DNA of 64,000 bases, from the NCBI GenBank assembly GCA_025360715.1, contig JANYBS010000073.1, positions 3,048 to 67,047 of the forward strand, in the 5' to 3' direction. This DNA is from Candidatus Eiseniibacteriota bacterium. Its GTDB lineage: Bacteria; Eisenbacteria; RBG-16-71-46. Positions 39,317-49,882 of this stretch are shown in pieces (the stretch's first letter is position 1; each line of letters begins with the position of its first letter). The position numbers and the translations under genes were made by a program. The notes under the pieces were generated by a model. The model was given only the letters and a program-made list of their open reading frames with translations. It ran no database searches and was not told the DNA's origin.

Positions 39317-41487
39317 TGAGCCTGCGCACGCGGGTCGAGGCGGCGCTGGGGCCGCAGGGCGTCCTGGCCAAGCGCTGGCCGCACTATGAAGAGCGCAAGG
39401 CACAGGTGGACCTCGCGGGCGATGTGGCGCGCACGCTCGAACATGGCGGCGTGCTCATGGCCGAGGCGCCCACGGGCGTCGGTAAGTCGCTCGCGTACCT
39501 GCTGCCCGCGGTGCTGCACGCATTGGACGGCGAAGAGCGCGTGGTTGTGGCCACCTGCACGCGCTCGCTGCAGGACCAGTTGAGTGAGCGCGACCTGCCG
39601 GCGCTGCTCGAAGCGCTGGGTCTGCCGGTGCCATTCGCGGTGCTCAAGGGAAAGTCGAACTACCTTTGTCCGCGCGCGCTCGAGATGGCCGACGGTCAGG
39701 GCGCCGAGGAAGACGAAGCCATCGAAGCGCTGCGCGCATGGGCGGCGGTCGATCCCACGGGCGACCTGGACCGCTTCGTGGCGCCCGACGCCGAGGCCTA
39801 CCGGCGCGTGCGCCCGCGCGTGGCCACCGATCCGTCCGCGTGCACCGGTGCCGTCTGCCGGCGCGGGCGCGAGTGCTTCTGGGCACGTGCGCGCCGGGTG
39901 GCGAGCGAGGCGCGCATCACGATCGTGAATCACGCGCTTCTGGTGCGCGCGGCCGAGGCCGACGGCCTGCTGCCCAGCTTCGATGTGCTCATCATCGACG
40001 AGGCGCACCGCTTGGAAGGCGTGCTCTCGAGCCAGCTGGAGAAGCATGTGTCCCGGCATCGCTTCGATGACCTGTTACGGCTCACCGGCACTGTCGGGGC
40101 GCCCAAGCGTGGCGGCGCGCGCGCCACGCGTGCGTCGGGCGGATTGCTCGCGCGCGTGCGCTCGTATGCGCTGCCGTTGCTGGAGCTGGATCCCGCGCGC
40201 GAGCGGCTGTATGCGGACCTCGAGCGGCTCTCGAGTCGCGCCGACGAAGCGCGCGCACATGCCGAGGGTTTCTTCACGAGCATCGCACCGGGGACCGGCG
40301 TCAAGGGCGGCTTGTATGGTTCGCGCCAGCGCTACCGCTCACAAGGCGAGCTGCTCGGAACTGACCTGCAGCCATTGCAGCTGCTGCTGGAGCACGCGCA
40401 GGTGTATGCCGATGCGCTGCGGCGCACGGCCGGCGCGGTGCAGAGCGCGGCGGAGAGTGGCGGCATGGGGCGCGACAAGACAGGCACGGCGGGCACGGAG
40501 CTATCGGCCGAACTCGAGCTCGTCTCGGGGCGCTGGGAGCGCTTGCGCGCCGATCTTATGGAGTTGGGCGAGGCGCTCGACCCGGACTGGGTCTACTGGC
40601 GCTCGCAAGGGGCCAAGTCGCAGGCCGCCGAGCTACGCGGCGCGCCGGTGTCGGTGGGCGACCACGCGCGGCGGCAGTTGCTCTCGCGCGCGCGGTCGGT
40701 GGTCCTGACGTCGGCCACGCTGTCGGCCACGTTGTCGGCCGAAGGCGACTTCGATTGGGCAGCACAGCGCCTGGGCATGGGCGAGGATCTGGGGCTGCCT
40801 TACGAGACGGCCACCTATCCATCGCCGTTCCCGCTCGCCCAGCAGATGCGCACGTACGTGTATGAAGGAGGTGCCGACGAGGCCGCCAGCATCGCCGAGG
40901 TCGTGGCCGAACTGGCCAAGGCGACCCGTCGCAACACGCTCGTGCTGTTCACCGCGCACCAGCGCCTGCGCATCGCCCGCGACAAGCTGCGGCTGTTGCT
41001 GCCGCCCGACGTGCCGCTCATGGCGCAGGAGTTAGATGGACCCGCAGGGACCTTGATCGACCGTTTCCGGCTTTCGCGGGGCGCGGTCTTGCTTGGGGTG
41101 CAGAGCCTATGGGAAGGTGTGGACTTCCCGGGAGAGACGCTCGAGGTGCTCGTGGTCGCGAAGCTGCCGTTCTCGGTCCCCGACGATCCCATCGTCGAGG
41201 CTCGAGGAGAGCGGTTACGCGAGCGCGGTGTGGATCCCTTCCGCGGCGACGCCGTGCCAGAAGCAGTTCTTCGATTCCGGCAGGGCATCGGGCGCCTCAT
41301 CCGCCGCTCGGACGATCGCGGGGTGCTGGTCGTATGCGACCCGCGCCTGGCGAACGCGTCGTATCGCGGTCCGTTCCGCGCGGCGCTCCCGGTGGCACCG
41401 GACATCCAACGCGATGCGCGAGCACTGGCCGCAGATGCGGCCCGGTTCCTCGCCAGTGAGATGAGCGTGACACGGGAGGACGTGTGA
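39316..41487 (+). CDS. dinG: DinG/Rad3-family ATP-dependent DNA helicase
   Basis: ATG at 39316 overlapping the upstream TGA. Contains LMAEAPTGVGKSLAYLLPAV (Walker A), VLIIDEAHRLE (DEAH), and a C-terminal helicase domain. The track ORF 39064.. is over-extended. Confidence 0.8.
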   Translation: MSLRTRVEAALGPQGVLAKRWPHYEERKAQVDLAGDVARTLEHGGVLMAEAPTGVGKSLAYLLPAVLHALDGEERVVVATCTRSLQDQLSERDLPALLEALGLPVPFAVLKGKSNYLCPRALEMADGQGAEEDEAIEALRAWAAVDPTGDLDRFVAPDAEAYRRVRPRVATDPSACTGAVCRRGRECFWARARRVASEARITIVNHALLVRAAEADGLLPSFDVLIIDEAHRLEGVLSSQLEKHVSRHRFDDLLRLTGTVGAPKRGGARATRASGGLLARVRSYALPLLELDPARERLYADLERLSSRADEARAHAEGFFTSIAPGTGVKGGLYGSRQRYRSQGELLGTDLQPLQLLLEHAQVYADALRRTAGAVQSAAESGGMGRDKTGTAGTELSAELELVSGRWERLRADLMELGEALDPDWVYWRSQGAKSQAAELRGAPVSVGDHARRQLLSRARSVVLTSATLSATLSAEGDFDWAAQRLGMGEDLGLPYETATYPSPFPLAQQMRTYVYEGGADEAASIAEVVAELAKATRRNTLVLFTAHQRLRIARDKLRLLLPPDVPLMAQELDGPAGTLIDRFRLSRGAVLLGVQSLWEGVDFPGETLEVLVVAKLPFSVPDDPIVEARGERLRERGVDPFRGDAVPEAVLRFRQGIGRLIRRSDDRGVLVVCDPRLANASYRGPFRAALPVAPDIQRDARALAADAARFLASEMSVTREDV

Positions 41488-43001
41488 TCCGGCTGGGCGA
41501 GACGAGACTGGGACTCGATGAAGTGGTGGCGGTGGCCCGTGACGGCGCCGGCGTCGAGATCGCCAAAAGCGCGTACGAACGCATGCGTCAGAGCCGCGCG
41601 GCCGTGGACCGCTTCGTGAGCGAGAACCGCGTCGTGTATGGCGTCACAACGGGGTTCGGCGAGCTCAAGGACAAGCGGATCTCGGCCGACGACACGCGCC
41701 AACTGCAAGTCAACCTGCTGCGCTCGCACTCGGCGGGAGTGGGGCCTTCGGCGCCGCGCGATGTCGTGCGCGCGATGCTGTTGCTGCGCGCGGCTTCGCT
41801 CACCGCGGGACGCTCGGGCGTGCGACCCGAGGTGGTCGACATGCTGCTGGCGATGCTCGAGCGTGGCGTCACGCCGATCGTGCCGCTGCAGGGCTCGGTC
41901 GGGGCTTCGGGGGATCTTGCGCCGCTCGCGCATCTGGCGTGCGTGCTGATCGGCGAGGGTGAGGCGTTCCTGGGCGACCAGCGAATGCCGGCGGGGCTCG
42001 CGCTGCGCGGTGCGCACCTGCAGCCGCTCACGCTGGAGGCCAAAGAAGGCCTGGCGCTCATCAACGGCACGCAGTTCTCCACGGCGCTCGCAGCGCTCGC
42101 GTGCGCGGATGCAGAACGGCTCTGGGAAGCGGCGGTCGCGGCGGCAGCGCTCAGTACCGACGTGTTGCTGGGCAGCTTCCAGCCGGCGCGCGAGGACGTG
42201 ATGCAGCTGCGGCCCTATGCGGGCGCACTGGAGGCCGCCAAGCGCCTGCGCGCGTTCTCGCGCGGCAGCGCGTTGGTGGAGTCGCACAAAGACTGCGGCC
42301 GCGTCCAGGATGCCTATAGCTTGCGCTGTGCGCCGGTCGTGCTGGGCGCGTCGTGGGATGCGATCCTGCACGTGGAAGGCCAACTCGAGATCGAGCTCAA
42401 CGCGGTCAACGACAATCCGTTGATCTTCCCGGACTCCGACGAGGCCGTCTCGGCGGGACTGTTTCACGCGCAACCGGTGGCGCTCGCGGCCGACTATCTC
42501 AAGATCGCGGTCGCCGAGATCGCGTCGATCTCGGAGCGTCGGATCGACCGGCTGGTGGACTCGCGCGTATCGGAGCTGCCCGCGGTGCTGGCGACGCAGC
42601 CCGGTCTGGAGTCGGGCTACATGATCGCCCAGTACACGGCGGCGTCATTGGTATCCGAGAACAAGACACTCGCGCATCCGGCGAGTGTGGATTCGATCCC
42701 CACGGGCGCGGGGATCGAAGACCACGTGAGCATGGCGCCGATCGCCGGCCGGCATGTGCGGCAGATCGTCGAGAACTCCGCGCGAGTCGTGGCCATGGAA
42801 CTGCTCTGTGCCTGCCGTGGATTGGAGTTCCGCCGCCCGCTGCAGGCGGGGCATGGCAACGAGATGCTGTATGGCGCCATCCGCCGCGTGGCCCCGGCGC
42901 CCGATGGCGACCGCCCGCTGTCGGGGCCGTGCGAGAGCGTGGCCAAATGGGTGCTCTCGCGCGCGCCACTCACGTTGGCCGAAGAGGTGCTCGACGCATG
43001 A
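41484..43001 (+). CDS. hutH: Histidine ammonia-lyase
   Basis: Contains [15 protein letters not shown] (the MIO-forming ASG motif) and YGVTTGFG. Confidence 0.9.
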   Translation: MIRLGETRLGLDEVVAVARDGAGVEIAKSAYERMRQSRAAVDRFVSENRVVYGVTTGFGELKDKRISADDTRQLQVNLLRSHSAGVGPSAPRDVVRAMLLLRAASLTAGRSGVRPEVVDMLLAMLERGVTPIVPLQGSVGASGDLAPLAHLACVLIGEGEAFLGDQRMPAGLALRGAHLQPLTLEAKEGLALINGTQFSTALAALACADAERLWEAAVAAAALSTDVLLGSFQPAREDVMQLRPYAGALEAAKRLRAFSRGSALVESHKDCGRVQDAYSLRCAPVVLGASWDAILHVEGQLEIELNAVNDNPLIFPDSDEAVSAGLFHAQPVALAADYLKIAVAEIASISERRIDRLVDSRVSELPAVLATQPGLESGYMIAQYTAASLVSENKTLAHPASVDSIPTGAGIEDHVSMAPIAGRHVRQIVENSARVVAMELLCACRGLEFRRPLQAGHGNEMLYGAIRRVAPAPDGDRPLSGPCESVAKWVLSRAPLTLAEEVLDA

Positions 43002-44671
43002 GCGTGGCGACGGGCAAACGCGTGCTTCGCGCGCCGCACGGCAGCGAGATCTCCTGTAAGTCGTGGATCCAGGAAGCCGCGCTGCGCATGCTCATGAATA
43101 ATCTGGATCCGGATGTGGCCGAACGTCCGGATGACTTGATCGTCTACGGCGGGACCGGTAAGGCGGCGCGGGACTGGGAGAGCCTGGACAAGATACTCAG
43201 CGCACTGCGCGCACTGGAGAATGACCAGACTCTGCTTGTGCAAAGCGGCAAGCCCGTCGGCGTATTCGAGACCCATGAGAACGCTCCGCGTGTGTTGATC
43301 GCGAACTCGAACCTGGTGCCGCGCTGGGGCACTTGGGAGCATTTTCGCGAATTGGAGCGCAAGGGTCTGATCATGTACGGCCAGATGACCGCGGGCTCGT
43401 GGATCTACATCGGCTCGCAGGGCATCGTGCAAGGCACGTTCGAGACATTCGCCGAGATGGCGGAGAAGCATTTCGGTGGGACGCTCGCCGGGCGCTTGGT
43501 GCTCACGGCCGGCCTGGGCGGCATGGGCGGCGCGCAGCCGCTGGCGGTGACCATGAATGGCGGCGTGTGCCTGGCGATTGAAGTGGACCCCGCGCGCGCA
43601 CAGCGGCGTGTGGATACGCGCTATTGCGATCGCATGACGCATGATCAGGCCGAAGCCCTGACATGGGCGCGAGGCGCCCAGGCTGCGAAGCAGCCCCTGA
43701 GCATCGCCCTGGTCGGCAATGCCGCCGAGGTGATCCCCGCGCTGTTCGCACAGGGCGTGATCCCCGATGCCGCCACCGACCAGACGAGCGCGCACGATCC
43801 ACTCGTGGGTTACGTGCCGGCCGGCATCACGCTCCAGCAGGCGGCTGCGATGCGCCTGAACGATCCGGACATGGTGGTGCGGCGCGCGCGCGAGTCCATG
43901 GCCACGCATGTGCGTGCATTGCTGGGGATGAGGTCACGTGGCAGCGTGGTCTTTGACTATGGCAATAACCTGAGAGGCGAAGCCGTCAAAGGCGGCGTGC
44001 CCGAGGCCGAGGCGTTCTCTTACCCCGGCTTCGTGCCCGAATACATCCGGCCGCTGTTTTGTGTTGGAAAAGGCCCGTTCCGCTGGGCCGCGCTCTCGGG
44101 CGACCCGGCCGACATCGCCGCGACCGACGCCGCAGCGCTCGAAGAGTTCCCCGACGACGCGCGGCTCGCGCGCTGGATCCCGCTCGCGCAGAAGCACATC
44201 CCGTTCCAGGGTCTGCCGGCCCGCATCTGTTGGCTGGGCTATGGCGAGCGACACCGGCTTGGGCTTCGTTTCAATCAGATGGTCCGCGATGGCGTGCTCA
44301 AGGCTCCCATCGTCATCGGCCGCGATCATCTGGATACGGGCTCCGTGGCCTCGCCCTATCGCGAGACGGAGGCGATGCGAGATGGCTCCGATGCGATCGC
44401 CGACTGGCCGCTGCTGAACGCGATGCTCAACACCGCGAGCGGCGCGAGTTGGGTGAGCCTGCATCACGGCGGTGGCGTGGGGATCGGCAACTCGATCCAC
44501 AGCGGCCAGGTGATCGTCGCCGACGGCACGCCGCAGGCAGACGAACGACTGCGCCGCGTACTCACGAATGACCCGGGTACGGGCGTCATGCGGCACGCCG
44601 ACGCGGGTTACCCGGAAGCGATCGCGCACGCGAAGAAGACGGGTATGAATCTACCGGGTATCACCACCTGA
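42998..44671 (+). CDS. hutU: Urocanate hydratase
   Basis: ATG at 42998 overlapping the hutH stop (ATGA). The sequence [42 protein letters not shown]...[37 protein letters not shown] is canonical HutU. The 772-aa track ORF 42353.. is an over-extension. Confidence 0.9.
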   Translation: MSVATGKRVLRAPHGSEISCKSWIQEAALRMLMNNLDPDVAERPDDLIVYGGTGKAARDWESLDKILSALRALENDQTLLVQSGKPVGVFETHENAPRVLIANSNLVPRWGTWEHFRELERKGLIMYGQMTAGSWIYIGSQGIVQGTFETFAEMAEKHFGGTLAGRLVLTAGLGGMGGAQPLAVTMNGGVCLAIEVDPARAQRRVDTRYCDRMTHDQAEALTWARGAQAAKQPLSIALVGNAAEVIPALFAQGVIPDAATDQTSAHDPLVGYVPAGITLQQAAAMRLNDPDMVVRRARESMATHVRALLGMRSRGSVVFDYGNNLRGEAVKGGVPEAEAFSYPGFVPEYIRPLFCVGKGPFRWAALSGDPADIAATDAAALEEFPDDARLARWIPLAQKHIPFQGLPARICWLGYGERHRLGLRFNQMVRDGVLKAPIVIGRDHLDTGSVASPYRETEAMRDGSDAIADWPLLNAMLNTASGASWVSLHHGGGVGIGNSIHSGQVIVADGTPQADERLRRVLTNDPGTGVMRHADAGYPEAIAHAKKTGMNLPGITT

Positions 44672-44681
44672 AGGGCGAGCG

Positions 44682-45977
44682 ATGACCTACTGGGCCGCGC
44701 ATGATCCCTCGAGCAAGCCTGTCGCCGGACGTACGGCGTACCTGATACTGCACAATACATCCGAAGTCGTGACGCCGGACGCAGAGGGCCGCGAGGTCTT
44801 GAGGTTTCCCAAGGGCGCGATCGTGTTCCGTGATGGCCGTGTGCTCGAAGTGGGGCCGGCGACCGAACTGCATCGCAAGCATCCGGATGCGCGGCCCTTG
44901 AATGCCAATGGAAAATTGGTGACGCCGGGCCTGGTGGACTGCCACACGCATATGATCTTCGGCGGCGACCGCGCAACCGAGTTCCAGCGCAAGCTAGCTG
45001 GCGAGAGTTATGCGAGCATCGCTGCAAGTGGCGGCGGCATCGCGTCGACCGTGCGCGCGACATCGGCCGTGAAGGACGAAGTGTTGGAGAAGCTCTTGGC
45101 GAATCGCCTCGAGCGCTGGCGCGCCAATGGCTGCACCACGGTGGAAGTGAAGAGCGGCTATGGCCTGGAGCCCAGCCGCGAGATCCGGCTGCTCGAGCTC
45201 ATGGGCGGCGCCGCCATTCGTGTGCCCGTGCGCGTGCATCGCACGGCACTCGTGCTGCACGCGCTGCCGGAGAAGTACGCGGAGCGGCGTGCCGAGTACG
45301 TCGAAGAAGTCCGCACCACCATGCTCACCGAACTTCATCGCCGCGGCATGGCCGGCGCGATCGATGTGTTCTGCGATCCGGTCGCCTTCACGGTCGAGGA
45401 GTGCCGCGCGGTGCTCCAGCGCGCGGTCGAGCTGGGCTTCCCGGTGAAGCTGCATGCCGAGCAGATGGCGCACTTCGGCGGCGCCAAGCTGGCGGCCGAA
45501 CTGGGCGCTCGCAGCGCCGATCATCTGGAAAGCGCCACCGAAGAAGACTGGAAATTGCTCGCCGAGGCCGGCACGGTGGGTGTGCTGCTGCCGGCGGCGG
45601 CGCTCACGCTGCGCCAGAGCCTGCCGGACGCCGCGATGATCCGTCGCACGGGCGCGCGTTTCGCGATCGCCACGGACTTCAATCCCGGCACCGCGCCTGC
45701 GCAGAGCCTTATGGAATGCGGGGCGCTCGCTTCACGTCTGTGCGGCTTCACGGCCCAGGAGATCCTGCTGGCGATCACGTGGAACGCCGCGCGCGCGCTC
45801 GGGGCCGAGGCGGAGATCGGCCACCTCACGCCGGGCGCGTGGGGCGATGCGGTGCTCTGGGAGTGCGAGTCTTTGGAAGAACTCCCGTACTGGATGCCGG
45901 CGGTGCGGCCGGACACGGTCTTCATGCGCGGCGCGGACCTGGCGCTGCCAGCGGTGGAGCGAAGGGTGTGGCCGTAG
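44682..45977 (+). CDS. hutI: Imidazolonepropionase
   Basis: Contains GLVDCHTHMIFGGDRATEFQRKLAG. 431 aa, amidohydrolase fold. Confidence 0.9.
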   Translation: MTYWAAHDPSSKPVAGRTAYLILHNTSEVVTPDAEGREVLRFPKGAIVFRDGRVLEVGPATELHRKHPDARPLNANGKLVTPGLVDCHTHMIFGGDRATEFQRKLAGESYASIAASGGGIASTVRATSAVKDEVLEKLLANRLERWRANGCTTVEVKSGYGLEPSREIRLLELMGGAAIRVPVRVHRTALVLHALPEKYAERRAEYVEEVRTTMLTELHRRGMAGAIDVFCDPVAFTVEECRAVLQRAVELGFPVKLHAEQMAHFGGAKLAAELGARSADHLESATEEDWKLLAEAGTVGVLLPAAALTLRQSLPDAAMIRRTGARFAIATDFNPGTAPAQSLMECGALASRLCGFTAQEILLAITWNAARALGAEAEIGHLTPGAWGDAVLWECESLEELPYWMPAVRPDTVFMRGADLALPAVERRVWP

Positions 45978-46060
45978 GGCGAATGGAATTCGGCGCCGAT
46001 CCGGGAATGTGGACCCAATTCCCATTGCTCCGGCGTCTGCCCTGCCACTAGGCTTCGCGT

Positions 46061-47809
46061 ATGCGAACGTCGATTCGATCCGCCCGAGCACTGATGGTGG
46101 TGAGCGCCATGGCCTGTTTGGCATGGATGCCTGCGCGCGCTCACGCTCAGTGGCCGATCGATTCACTCGCGGCACTGCCGATAACAACGCCGTTGCAGTG
46201 GAGCACCCCTAACACGGGGCCATCGCCCATGTGTTCGGACTCGGCCGGCGGCTTCCTCGTGCCCCTCGCGGTGTACTCGAGCAACCCGCCGACGGGCTCG
46301 AACTCGGCGTTCGACATGGTCGTGCGACGGATCGATGCATCTGGAGGATCGCCGTGGGCTTGGCCCGGCCCCGAGTCTCCTCGAATGGGAATGCCGGAGG
46401 CCATCGCGCCCGACGGACTGGGCGGCGCTTGGGTCGCCGCCGACACGACGCAGGCCTGGCCCTACGGGACGATGTTCGCGGCGCATGTGAGCGCGGCCGG
46501 CATCATGGGCCCGAAGGTGGTGCTCGGCAGTTCGGACTACTACGGCTCTGCGACTGCCACTTCCGACGGCAGTGGTGGCGTGTTCGTGGTCTATCGTTCG
46601 ATGGAGGCGCCGGACTATGGGACAGGACTTCGGATCCAGCACATCGGCGCCGACAACGCGCTGAAGCTGGCACCGGGTGGTCTGCTGCTCCATGGCGCGA
46701 GCACCGACCGTTTTGCGAGCCTTGAATCGTGTACCGATGGCCACGGCGGCGTCTTCGTCTCGTGGACGCGCTATCCCAGCAGCGGCGGTGGTTCGAGTGC
46801 ATATCTGGTGCATGTGGCATCCACCGGAGAACTCGTGGGCCCAGCGAAGGATCTGCCTCCGGGCGTAGTCACCTCGATCGGCCCGCGGATCGAGCACATC
46901 CTGTCGGATGGGGTCGATCGTGTACGCGCGATCTGGATCGGCCCCGGTGCGAACTCGGCCCCGGCGATACTGATGCAGCGGCTGGATGCCAACTGCGCGC
47001 CGATGTGGCCCTCAGACGTGACTGTCTCGGGATACGCCTCGAGCAAGTACGTCATCATGAACTCGGGTGGCGGGGAAGTCATCGTCGGGTGGTCGGACGG
47101 TTCGGCTTCATACCTGGCGATTCGGGCGCAGCGCGTGGGAGTGGATGGGAGTCTGCGCTGGCCCATCGGCGGAGTCGAGGTTGTGCGCGTACCCGGGAAC
47201 AACATCGCACAGATGGCGGTTGCGTCCGATGGCAGTGGGGGAGCGATGATCGGATACGTCGACTACATTCCCTTCGGGCAGATCAACTCCTACATCTATT
47301 ACGAGGCGGCACGCGTCACCGCGGACGGCGTGCGTGCCTGGCCGACGCCAGGATTCCGGTTCGACGCTGACGCTTCTTTCAAGACGAGCCTGACCGCTTT
47401 CCCATCGTTCGATGGCCGCGTGATCTTCGCCTGGGTGGACACGCGTACCCCTTCGGGCGGGAGTGCGTACAACATCTGGGCGCAGCTGATCACCCCGAAG
47501 GGGGCGTTCTACGCAGGTGCGGCAACAGGCGTGCCCGACGGCCGCGCCATATCGTCTGTCCACGCGTGGCCCCAGCCGGCAGCTGGAGGTGTCGAGATGG
47601 CGCTGCCGGGTGATGCCGGGGGCAGTGACGTGCGCCTGCTTGATGTCGCAGGACGCTTGGTGCGCGAGTGGCACGTGCCGGCGGGGTCCACGCGCACGTC
47701 GTGGGACGCCCGGGATGCGAAAGGCGCGCTGGTGCCGCCGGGGTTGTACCTGGCGCGAGTGAAGTCCTCGCATGGCGAGCAGGTCGCACGAGTGGTGATC
47801 GCGCGCTGA
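46061..47809 (+). CDS. Secreted repeat protein with T9SS C-terminal domain (hypothetical cargo)
   Basis: Signal MRTSIRSARALMVVSAMACLAWMPARAHA. An ~50-aa repeat with DGSGGVFVVY / DGHGGVFVSW / DGSGGAMIGY / GGGEVIVGW cores. C-terminus VHAWPQPAAGG...RLLDVAGRLVREW...PPGLYLARVK...VVIAR is a Por_Secre_tail. Confidence 0.6.
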   Translation: MRTSIRSARALMVVSAMACLAWMPARAHAQWPIDSLAALPITTPLQWSTPNTGPSPMCSDSAGGFLVPLAVYSSNPPTGSNSAFDMVVRRIDASGGSPWAWPGPESPRMGMPEAIAPDGLGGAWVAADTTQAWPYGTMFAAHVSAAGIMGPKVVLGSSDYYGSATATSDGSGGVFVVYRSMEAPDYGTGLRIQHIGADNALKLAPGGLLLHGASTDRFASLESCTDGHGGVFVSWTRYPSSGGGSSAYLVHVASTGELVGPAKDLPPGVVTSIGPRIEHILSDGVDRVRAIWIGPGANSAPAILMQRLDANCAPMWPSDVTVSGYASSKYVIMNSGGGEVIVGWSDGSASYLAIRAQRVGVDGSLRWPIGGVEVVRVPGNNIAQMAVASDGSGGAMIGYVDYIPFGQINSYIYYEAARVTADGVRAWPTPGFRFDADASFKTSLTAFPSFDGRVIFAWVDTRTPSGGSAYNIWAQLITPKGAFYAGAATGVPDGRAISSVHAWPQPAAGGVEMALPGDAGGSDVRLLDVAGRLVREWHVPAGSTRTSWDARDAKGALVPPGLYLARVKSSHGEQVARVVIAR

Positions 47810-48031
47810 GCCGGTTGTGATGGCGGGCCTGCGCGGGTTCTTGATCGCTTTTCGCTTGACGGCTTGCGGCAGCGATCCAGTGCGCGCGTCAGACCGGTGA
47901 TGCCACGTGCCCGTATCGTGCGCAGCGCAAGCTCAGGCGCATTTGTGTGCGCAGGCCTTCGCGCGTTGTCGTGATCGCAGGCGTTCTGCGCCCTGCGCGG
48001 CGCTGAGAGCGCCGCATTCGCGTGTGAGAGC

Positions 48032-49138
48032 ATGGGCATGCCACCGCGAACCCGCCCCCGCGATGGGTGTGTCATGCATAGCCATTCGGTCACGCGCCTT
48101 CCGGATCATGTCCTGCTGCAGGCGCTGAAGGAACTGGTCGTACAGGACCGCAAGACCACCGCGCAGCTGCTGGTGCATCTTGCAGAAGTCGAGCGGCGAA
48201 AGCTGTATCGCGACGCCGCGTGCTCGTCGATGCATGTCTACTGCGTGCGCGAACTGCACATGTCGGATGACATGTCGTACAAGCGTATTCGCGTGGCGCG
48301 CGCCGCGCGCCGGCATCCGGCTTTGTTGCCCGCGATCGCCGACGGCCGCCTGCACTTGACCGCCGTCGTGCTGCTCGCACCACTGCTGACAGCCGCGAAT
48401 GTGCAGGAGTTGATCGAGGCCGCGGCGCACAGCACGAAGTCCGAGGTGGAACTGCTTGTGGCGTCGCTGGCACCGAGACCCGACGTGACCGAGCGCGTGC
48501 ATGAGCTCAGGGCTCCCGTTGCGCAACTGGTTCCGGAACCAGTAGTCCCATCGAATCTGGCGGAACCAGCAAGGTCCATGGTGCCAGTTCCTGTTGCCGC
48601 TGCACCGATGCCGGCACAGAGCGCACCGGCGCGGGTCGTATGTGTGCAGCCCACGGCACCTGCGAAGCTGGCACCGATCGCACCCAGTCGCTTCGAGCTT
48701 CGAGTGACGGTGGACCAGGAGACCTACGAACAGCTCCAGCGCGCGAAGGAATTGCTTGGCCACACGATTCCGAACGGCGAACTGGCCCAAGTGCTCAAGT
48801 ACGCCCTCGATGCATGCGTGAAGAAACTCGAGAAGCGGAAGTTCGCGAAGGCAGCCCACGAGAGGCCGCGCGGCGGCCAGGCGCGCGGCCGACACATCCC
48901 TTCGAGCATCAAGCGCGAGGTATGGAAGCGCGACAAGGCCTGCTGCACGTTCGTCGGCTCGAATGGCAAGCAATGCCACGAGCGCTCACGGCTCGAATAC
49001 GATCACATCATCCCCATCGCCCGCGGCGGCGAGACTTGCGCCAGCAATCTACGGCTGCGATGTCGCGCGCATAACGCGCTCGAGGCAGAACGGGTGTTCG
49101 GTGAGGCGTTCATGAGGTCAAAGCGTGGGCTCGGGTGA
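48032..49138 (+). CDS. DUF222 (REP13E12-like) N-terminal domain + HNH endonuclease domain protein
   Basis: The start may instead be the ATG at 48074. The C-terminus CCTFVGSNGKQCHERSRLEYDHIIPIARGGETCASNLRLRCRAHN is an HNH motif. The N-terminus LPDHVLLQALKELVVQDRKTTAQLLVHLAEVERRKLYRDAA... resembles DUF222. Confidence 0.6.
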   Translation: MGMPPRTRPRDGCVMHSHSVTRLPDHVLLQALKELVVQDRKTTAQLLVHLAEVERRKLYRDAACSSMHVYCVRELHMSDDMSYKRIRVARAARRHPALLPAIADGRLHLTAVVLLAPLLTAANVQELIEAAAHSTKSEVELLVASLAPRPDVTERVHELRAPVAQLVPEPVVPSNLAEPARSMVPVPVAAAPMPAQSAPARVVCVQPTAPAKLAPIAPSRFELRVTVDQETYEQLQRAKELLGHTIPNGELAQVLKYALDACVKKLEKRKFAKAAHERPRGGQARGRHIPSSIKREVWKRDKACCTFVGSNGKQCHERSRLEYDHIIPIARGGETCASNLRLRCRAHNALEAERVFGEAFMRSKRGLG

Positions 49139-49186
49139 ACGCGATCGACCACGGATCGTCGCGCTTGCCGGTCACCACGTGCGCCA

Positions 49187-49858
49187 ATGGCTGGTGGGGG
49201 AGATTTCCTGCGGCATAGTGGCGCGGGGCGTCTCTTGAGCGCAGCGTTGGCCTGCGCTGGCCATGCGTACGCAGGCCAGATCGATCTCACGTTCGGCACC
49301 CTGCCTTCGGCGCAGGGCTGGACGTTCGTCAGCGGCGGCTCGCCTGTGGCCACCGTGGCGCAGTCGTTCACGGCGAGTGCGGGTGTCCCGACGCTTGATA
49401 CGATGGCGTTCGGAATCACCGGGTCGGGGACGAGCGCGCTTTACTCGCGCGCGACCGGCGTCAACGGGATTGAGCCGGTGGTGATCCGTATGCGCGGGCG
49501 GTTGCTGGAGCATGAAGGTGACTTCAGTAACACGTTCGTCGGGGGCGGATTCTCGTTCGGATATTCGAACGCGCTCGCGCTCTACCAGATGGGCATCACG
49601 CCCACGCAGATCCGCAATACGAAGGGAACCATTCTTTCGAGTGCTTACGACAACACCCAAGTCCATGATTACCGGCTCGAGTTCACGGCGCCCTCGAGTG
49701 TGCGCTACTCAGTGGACAACACGCTCATCTCCACGAACAGTTCGGGGCTGGCCACTTCGCTGCTGCGGCTCACGCTGGGTGATGTCACGGGCCTGCAGGG
49801 TCAGGCCACGCCGGCGCGTGCGACGAGTTGGGGACGCCTCAAGTCCCTGCGTCCGTGA
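49187..49858 (+). CDS. Secreted hypothetical protein (jelly-roll/lectin-like)
   Basis: The only support is the ORF, a plausible signal region (GAGRLLSAALACAGHAYA) and beta-rich composition. No motif was recognised. Confidence 0.35.
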   Translation: MAGGGDFLRHSGAGRLLSAALACAGHAYAGQIDLTFGTLPSAQGWTFVSGGSPVATVAQSFTASAGVPTLDTMAFGITGSGTSALYSRATGVNGIEPVVIRMRGRLLEHEGDFSNTFVGGGFSFGYSNALALYQMGITPTQIRNTKGTILSSAYDNTQVHDYRLEFTAPSSVRYSVDNTLISTNSSGLATSLLRLTLGDVTGLQGQATPARATSWGRLKSLRP

Positions 49859-49882
49859 GCGCGCGCGGATGACTGGCTGGGC

